A stretch of 64,000 nucleotides of DNA from the NCBI GenBank assembly GCA_041178085.1, contig JBEGVZ010000018.1, positions 1 through 64,000 on the forward strand. The letters are read 5' to 3'. The notes under the pieces were generated by a model that was not told the DNA's origin, did no database searches, and saw only the letters and a list, made by a program, of their open reading frames with translations. Below, piece by piece: positions 58,215 to 64,000 of this stretch. The translations under genes and the position numbers were made by a program. The stretch is from Pseudomonadota bacterium (lineage in GTDB: Bacteria; Bdellovibrionota_B; Oligoflexia; Oligoflexales; RGVZ01). How positions within the stretch are numbered: position 1 is the stretch's first letter; the number at the start of each line of letters is the position of its first letter.

Positions 58215-58595
58215 TCAATCCGAAATCCAAGGAGTCTCGCCTGCTCCGATCCCACTGGTGGTCACATGAAGAAGGCATTTAGTAGAACCCGTGGCGCTGT
58301 CCTGTAAACATTCAATGCCACGGATTTTTCTCAGTGCTGAACCTGCCGTCACTGGAAGTTGATTGAATATGACAAGTGCTGCTGGTCCGCCGATCAGCAC
58401 GTTTGCACCCTGGCAACCGACACCGTGATCCATATCACAGTAATCACTGCCAACTGCGCTGACAGAAACCTCACCGTTGACTGGATAATCCCAGCTGGGT
58501 GCGAGTGGAAGATGCTTGATCCGTTCCGCCATCGCAACGGGACTGGTCCATGCAGCGGCCAAAGCTAAAAACGAGAGGATCGAATTGTGATTCAT
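58215..58595 (-). CDS. Small secreted hypothetical protein (4 Cys)
   Basis: GAGG SD; signal peptide MNHNSILSFLALAAAWTSPVAMA. Confidence 0.65.
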   Translation of the reverse strand: MNHNSILSFLALAAAWTSPVAMAERIKHLPLAPSWDYPVNGEVSVSAVGSDYCDMDHGVGCQGANVLIGGPAALVIFNQLPVTAGSALRKIRGIECLQDSATGSTKCLLHVTTSGIGAGETPWISD

Positions 58596-59260
58596 AGCGA
58601 ATTCCTCAGGAATTAAACGAATACCCAAAGCAAAGACCGCATACGTGGACCCTCAGGAGTTGTAAAGCCTTAAAACTGATTCACCCCTAATTTGTTGACA
58701 GGAAATTCAAGTTCAACTTTCCCCGGCGGTCGCCATTCCAACTGCAAGACCCGGTTGTTAACCGTTCATCCGATGGCAGCCGGGTGCATGAAGCAATGCA
58801 TGATTTGTTCCCAGATATAATCAACCCCGGGATTTAAAGGGAAGATGCCCCCCGCCCCTGAAATTGCTGGGACTGTCATGATCACGCACTTGGACCAACC
58901 TGCATCTGGGCTTTGAGAGGGACAGACAAGGTCAAAGACCAACAACGCAGTCCTAAGAATGGCTGAGGGATGATTTAACGAGAAAGCTGAAAAAACTTAA
59001 ATTCGTTATATCGATTTCTTACGAGACATTTCGGAGAGTTGCAACTAGCGGTTGGAAAAACCGGGACACGAGAACCACAATACACAACGACGCCGGATGA
59101 TGTACAACTGTCGGGTCTGGCCTTTTTCTTTGGGTTCACCACTGAATCGCTGCATTTCCCAACAAAGCTGAATAGACTTACTTAGGGGCATCGCACAAAA
59201 TTGCCCCTCCACAAGCAGCCCTCCACCGATGGCGCGTAATTAAATGACAGAGAGGCAATT

Positions 59261-59449
59261 ATGGAAGAGCCTGTCGAAGTAAACTGCCCGTTCTGCGGGG
59301 AAGTCTTCACCACATTTGTTGATATATCCGCCGGAAATCAAACCTACGTCGAGGACTGTCAGGTCTGCTGCCGCCCAATCCAAATGCGCATCAGCATCAG
59401 CCCCAAATCCGGCCGCGTCAGACTTCAAACAGATCGCGGCGGGATCTAG
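59261..59449 (+). CDS. CPXCG-motif cysteine-rich protein
   Basis: CPFCGE...QTYVEDCQVCCRPI; GAGG SD. Confidence 0.9.
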   Translation: MEEPVEVNCPFCGEVFTTFVDISAGNQTYVEDCQVCCRPIQMRISISPKSGRVRLQTDRGGI

Positions 59450-59603
59450 CGGCAATCGATTCCAAGATAAAGAACCACCCAATGAGCGTCGAGTGTGCAG
59501 ACAGGCAACGCAGGACAGACTGCACGTGCAAGCGATTGGAATGTTCTCGATTGGGGTTATAATGAACCATGAATCACAATGGAATTAGCCCAGGAAATAT
59601 TCC

Positions 59604-61070
59604 ATGGCAACCAGCATAACCAACGATCCGGAGGCCATAAGGCAGAAGATTGTCTTCTTTGCCTATGTAGCTCTGACTTGCTTTCTTGCCTTTTACCACG
59701 AACCATGGCGGGATGAAGCTGACTCATGGCTTATGGTGCGTAATGCAAGTCTTAGGGAGATTTTATCGATAAGCCCTGATTCTGGCCATCCTCCGCTTTG
59801 GTATTTTCTACTGAAGCCTTTGGCTGCTTCAGGCCTTCCCTATGCAGCCCAACCGACCTTGCACCTCTTCATCGCCTGGGCAAGCGCATGGCTTGTTATT
59901 TTTCGAAGTCCGTTTCCCTGGCAAATCTCTGCATCAATTCTTTTTACATACCTTTTCAGCTTCGAATATTCCGTCGTGGCGAGAAATTATAGCCTTGGAA
60001 TCTTCGGTCTGTTTCTCTACGCCTCCGCATCTGGGTCACCCGGCAAGCGCTGCAGCATCACGCGATTGGCAGGGATTTTTGTGATGAGTTTTGCCTCGCT
60101 CTTCACGCTGATAAGTGCAGCGATCTTATTTTGCATGGAATCACTACAAATTCATCCTCGCTACAGGCCAACACCACGCTTGATACTACCGGGGCACTGC
60201 TGGGCAATGGGATTTGCTGTTCTGGTCAGCACCCTGATTCTGATGCCAACAGGCAAAGGGCAGTTCAGCGACGTTTCTTTCAATCGGTTTATTATCCAGG
60301 CACCTATCGACTCACTTTCAACGCTTTTGATGCCCAGACAAAGCTATCACCCGCTCTATTCCGCGGCCTGCGGAATTTGGCTTCTTGCTGCTGGCTTTAT
60401 TGCCATGAGATATGACCGGCGAGCTGCTCTATTCCTTGTCTTTTCAGTACTCGCAGTGTTTCTGATGTTTACTTCTATCCACTATCAAATTGAAGCACCG
60501 CGCTACGGCGGCATGATCTATGTATTCGCCGTGGCTGCCATGTGGATGGCGCTGACATCAGCCAGGCAGAGGACCAACGACTGGAAGCAAAATCGAGCCC
60601 TTTGGGGACTATTCTTCGTTTTTGGTCTAGCCCAATTCCCGGATACTTTGTCGGTTTGGTGGAATGAAGCAACACTTCCTTTTACTGACGCAGGCACCGT
60701 GGCGATAGAACTGCAAAAGGCCGGAGGCAATGACAAAATTGTTGTTTGCTCACCACCTACAAACTGCGAATCAGTATTGCTAAGAATGCCTCAGGAGAAA
60801 AAATTTCTTTATCCCGGCATCGGTTTTGGCACGTACGGCTTGTGGGATAAGACGCATCGCGCAGCCTGCCTGCTTTCGGCAGATCGAGCCATTGAATGGG
60901 CAAAGCAATTTTCAGGAACAGGAAATATCGCGCCAGATGGCTTTATTTTTATATCCACAGCGCCACTGTCGAACCCTGAATCACACGGACTCCGGAACTT
61001 GAGCTTTACAGCATCAAAGGCCTGGGCTGTGCAGGACGAAACATTTCATATTTATACAACAGCAGACTGA
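59604..61070 (+). CDS. Polytopic membrane protein, GT-C-like glycosyltransferase
   Basis: HEPWRDEADSW, GHPPLWY, FEYSVVARNY, PRYGG; many TM helices. Confidence 0.65.
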   Translation: MATSITNDPEAIRQKIVFFAYVALTCFLAFYHEPWRDEADSWLMVRNASLREILSISPDSGHPPLWYFLLKPLAASGLPYAAQPTLHLFIAWASAWLVIFRSPFPWQISASILFTYLFSFEYSVVARNYSLGIFGLFLYASASGSPGKRCSITRLAGIFVMSFASLFTLISAAILFCMESLQIHPRYRPTPRLILPGHCWAMGFAVLVSTLILMPTGKGQFSDVSFNRFIIQAPIDSLSTLLMPRQSYHPLYSAACGIWLLAAGFIAMRYDRRAALFLVFSVLAVFLMFTSIHYQIEAPRYGGMIYVFAVAAMWMALTSARQRTNDWKQNRALWGLFFVFGLAQFPDTLSVWWNEATLPFTDAGTVAIELQKAGGNDKIVVCSPPTNCESVLLRMPQEKKFLYPGIGFGTYGLWDKTHRAACLLSADRAIEWAKQFSGTGNIAPDGFIFISTAPLSNPESHGLRNLSFTASKAWAVQDETFHIYTTAD

Positions 61071-61209
61071 GAAGGCACTGTATTTGCCACCGACGATGCC
61101 CTCCACTGCTTTGCCAGCCTGGCGGTCGTCACGAAACGGTAAGTAATCTCCAACGCAATTAACTTGCCCCGGATTAAGGGCCCAGCGCAGTACGAGTGGT
61201 TGCTACGAG

Positions 61210-61905
61210 CTACTCGCAGAAAAAGTCACGGCAGAATTCCAGCTGATTAAGCCGGCAGATGGCTGCACCATTCCGCTTCAGCGAATTTCGGGAAGCCGCC
61301 CATTCCTCGCAATTATTTCCCTCGTAGTCACCCTCACAAACATCGGAGAGGAATTTCCGTAAATTACCTTCGCTGGTAGTAGAGCACTCCCAGCTGATTC
61401 CAGCGCTGGATCTCATTTCTTGAGCGATCGCGTCAAGTTGCCGGGCTGCATTTTCCTGGGTCCGCGTAAGTGCGGCACATTGATTGGCACCATTACATCC
61501 GCGGCGAATAGTGGCCGTCGTAGCGCTCATAATAGAATCAAGGCGCGCGCCGAGGCCAGAACCCGGCGACACCAGCTGAACTTCGTAGCTCTCAAACGCT
61601 CCCACGGCTGAACCAGCCACAATCGACGCATTTGCGCAGGGCTTCCGACGTTTAAGCTCATCACCAAGTAGTCTTTCACAGGCAGCGGGATCCGGACGGG
61701 TCTCCGGGCGTGCGGGATTGAATGAGACGATAGACTGAATTGGGCCATTATCTGACGGGTTTTCGCAAATCCACCGGCCCTTGCAAAGCAGGCGTTCCCT
61801 GACGGCAGTGATATCACTTAGTCCAGATTCGGCCGGCCTCGTTTTGCAAGCCGAGAGGGTAACAAGCAACAACAAGCCAACACTGACAAAGGGAGGTCTG
61901 GACAT
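61210..61905 (-). CDS. Cys-rich hypothetical lipoprotein
   Basis: AGGGG SD; LSAC lipobox; many Cys in the mature part. Confidence 0.7.
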   Translation of the reverse strand: MSRPPFVSVGLLLLVTLSACKTRPAESGLSDITAVRERLLCKGRWICENPSDNGPIQSIVSFNPARPETRPDPAACERLLGDELKRRKPCANASIVAGSAVGAFESYEVQLVSPGSGLGARLDSIMSATTATIRRGCNGANQCAALTRTQENAARQLDAIAQEMRSSAGISWECSTTSEGNLRKFLSDVCEGDYEGNNCEEWAASRNSLKRNGAAICRLNQLEFCRDFFCE

Positions 61906-62383
61906 TGAAACCCCTAAAGATCGTGGCAACATCCGGATTGTATCACATTCCCGTTATTGTAAACTGAATTTCTTGGACCATTTTCCCGTTCGCACTGATG
62001 CTAAACAATTCCTGTGGAAACGTCGGCTTCGGTGGGAAATTTTGCTCTGACAATCGAGAAGCTATCTTCGGCTCAATGGCCCCACAGTGCACACCGGTTT
62101 GCAGCACGAGGCAAACCAAGTCAGCGATGAAGGTTTGCATGGCCTATTGTTGCGGCAATGAAAACTCTTGCAGTAGCGCCGCGTAGAAAACTTACCTATC
62201 GAAGCCATCCTCGACTTTAAATTGATTTGCCTACAAAAATCGACCATCAATGAGAGCATCTTCGGAAGGTCAGTGTTCACGCGGGTCCTGCCGGCAGGAA
62301 TAAAACCATAAGCGTGCCCCGTGAAATTGCGAAAAAGGCCTTAATTTTATACAATCCAATTATCGGCCTCAGGGGAGAAGCGC

Positions 62384-63388
62384 ATGAATTCCGTCTTGCG
62401 AAGGACCTATTCCGCTATCGTTTGCATTGGTTTAGTTTCCGCATGCAAGACCGTTGATAACCAAGCTCGCGTTCGATCCACTCCAGAGGAAGGCCGAGTC
62501 TCGATCGCAAGTATCGCTGAGAAATTAAATCCCAGGCAAAAATCCATCATCTCAGATTTTCTGTCAGAGTTGGGCAGGCATATTGCCCGGTTCGAAGATC
62601 AATCTGAATTGACTACAAATCTGCGCTTTAGCCTTCAGGCATGTGGAAACCTTCGCGAATCCTCAAGCGTAAACCTATTTGATAAAAACTTTGGCTTAGT
62701 CCGACCATGTGGAAAAACCGGTGAAAATGATGAATCAAAATTTGCAAAGATCAGCGCAATAGCAAAACTAAAAAGAACCGCCAAATTTGATGCGTTGATA
62801 GACTCGTTCAACGAGGATGTCCTTCCTACATTTATCGATGCACTAGTCGAATCCTACGACAGAATCCCGAAGCTAGATGATGCACAGATGTCAGGCTTGA
62901 TTGACTTGGTAAGTCAAGTCGCCACCATCTCGAAATCGGCCGTAGATCTGGTTGAGTGGAGGCCTGACTACACAAACAGCGTTCGGTACTTGAATCAGAT
63001 CGTTTTGACAGAATTAACAAAAGGGCGGGAGCAGGACATTAACTGGGAGCTAGTGAAGGCTGCGACAACCGCCAGACTTGATATCTTTCCTCTATCGCCG
63101 GGTGATGCCGGAGTAAATCCGATTGTTGTTTCGATCAAAGACCCGCTTTACAAACTACTCTACGGTCCAAATCCCCGCGGAGCTGCGTATTGGATCATGA
63201 CAGCAGCCTCGACAATACGCCTGGAAACATACGGTGGAGTGCGGGCAAGGAATTTTGACATCTACCCCCTATCCGTAAAGTCACTTGACGTCGTCCCAAG
63301 GCAGATTCTGCTTGAATCGAAAGATGATCAAACTCTCATCAAACGCGCCATTACGCATCTTACGCATAACTTTGAAAGAATAATGTGA
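62384..63388 (+). CDS. Hypothetical lipoprotein
   Basis: GGGGAG SD; VSAC lipobox; 334 aa, mostly helical. Confidence 0.75.
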   Translation: MNSVLRRTYSAIVCIGLVSACKTVDNQARVRSTPEEGRVSIASIAEKLNPRQKSIISDFLSELGRHIARFEDQSELTTNLRFSLQACGNLRESSSVNLFDKNFGLVRPCGKTGENDESKFAKISAIAKLKRTAKFDALIDSFNEDVLPTFIDALVESYDRIPKLDDAQMSGLIDLVSQVATISKSAVDLVEWRPDYTNSVRYLNQIVLTELTKGREQDINWELVKAATTARLDIFPLSPGDAGVNPIVVSIKDPLYKLLYGPNPRGAAYWIMTAASTIRLETYGGVRARNFDIYPLSVKSLDVVPRQILLESKDDQTLIKRAITHLTHNFERIM

Positions 63389-63571
63389 TGATTCGTCGTC
63401 CCAGTGTTTGCAGGGTCGGTGAATCCCTAATTGGCCCTGCGCAGGCCACCAGCGCTTTCAGCATTAAAACGCTTCCCACGCGCCGCAGCTGACGGCTATT
63501 CGAAATCCTATGTAAGACTATCGATCCCTAAATACCCACTCTATGTTAAAGTTAAGAGACACCCGGGAGAC

Positions 63572-64000
63572 ATGAACTTGGAAACCAAAACGACCATCGT
63601 CGCATTGCTGGCGGTAATAAGTGCTGGCTGTAAGCAACTCAAGGGAACTACAAGCACAAAATCCACGCAGGAGATTTATCCTGCATGTGACGCAACCATT
63701 GCGGATCCCACAGCAACGCCACAAGCAACTGATTCAATTGCTCAGGAAATGGGTTTGCTGAAGCTCACAGACAGCAAGACAGCCTCTTGCCATTTGATCG
63801 GCGAAACCAAGGTTGCGGGAAAAACCTTCACCGCGCACTTGAACATGGATGAGCGATCGGGATTCGATGAGATTCAAAAAAAAGTTCGTAGCTCATATGC
63901 TGCTGCAGTGAAGTCAGGCCAAATCAAAGAAGGATATAAATGGATTAGCAATTGGTGGCAGGGCGTGAACGAGATTTGTGAGGCTGCCCTCGGTACCAGC
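63572..64000 (+). CDS. Hypothetical lipoprotein; 3' end runs off the window
   Basis: Not in the ORF track. GGGAG SD; MNLETKTTIVALLAVISAGCKQLKGTTSTKS..., open for 143 codons to the window end. Confidence 0.8.
   Translation, partial: MNLETKTTIVALLAVISAGCKQLKGTTSTKSTQEIYPACDATIADPTATPQATDSIAQEMGLLKLTDSKTASCHLIGETKVAGKTFTAHLNMDERSGFDEIQKKVRSSYAAAVKSGQIKEGYKWISNWWQGVNEICEAALGTS

Noticed and set aside
58694..58711. Second oriIS-like motif (GTTGACAGGAAATTCAAG) resembling 8627-8646
   Set aside because: No transposase-like peptide found in the adjacent minus frames I translated; the match is short and gapped.
59183..59209. AGGGGCA...TGCCCCT hairpin as a REP element
   Set aside because: Single copy, no GTAG foot, and no RAYT transposase in the window.

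Overview
Bacterial chromosomal window whose gene content (type IV pilus PilT/PilA, GltD/GltE-like TPR proteins, many Cys-lipoproteins, trypsin proteases, sigma-28-like promoters) suggests a Bdellovibrionota/Oligoflexia-like or myxobacteria-like predator; the taxonomy is inference. A GC-rich core (about 10.8-52 kb) carries housekeeping genes (hemW, rlmD, YitJ-type methyltransferase/MTHFR, pilT, trmL, hisC, fba, pilA, nadE, comM, argS, mlaE, maeB) mixed with secreted hydrolases. Both flanks are accessory and partly more AT-rich. The left flank (1.4-10.6 kb) is a rearranged array: a foldase-like gene, two Kelch-like beta-propeller lipoproteins with variable loops (14 and 7 blades), a decayed copy of the foldase gene between them, an IS91/ISCR-type transposase remnant with an oriIS-like end, an OmpA-family gene, and the N-terminal stub of a third propeller-family lipoprotein. 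The right flank holds two GT-C-like membrane proteins, a divergent haem-c lipoprotein / RCC1-repeat lipoprotein pair, and orphan lipoproteins. Several surface-protein genes are preceded by FliA (sigma-28)-like promoters. Two genes cut by the window edges are absent from the ORF track and were translated by hand. No rRNA, tRNA or CRISPR array was seen. All family assignments come from motif recognition, not database searches.
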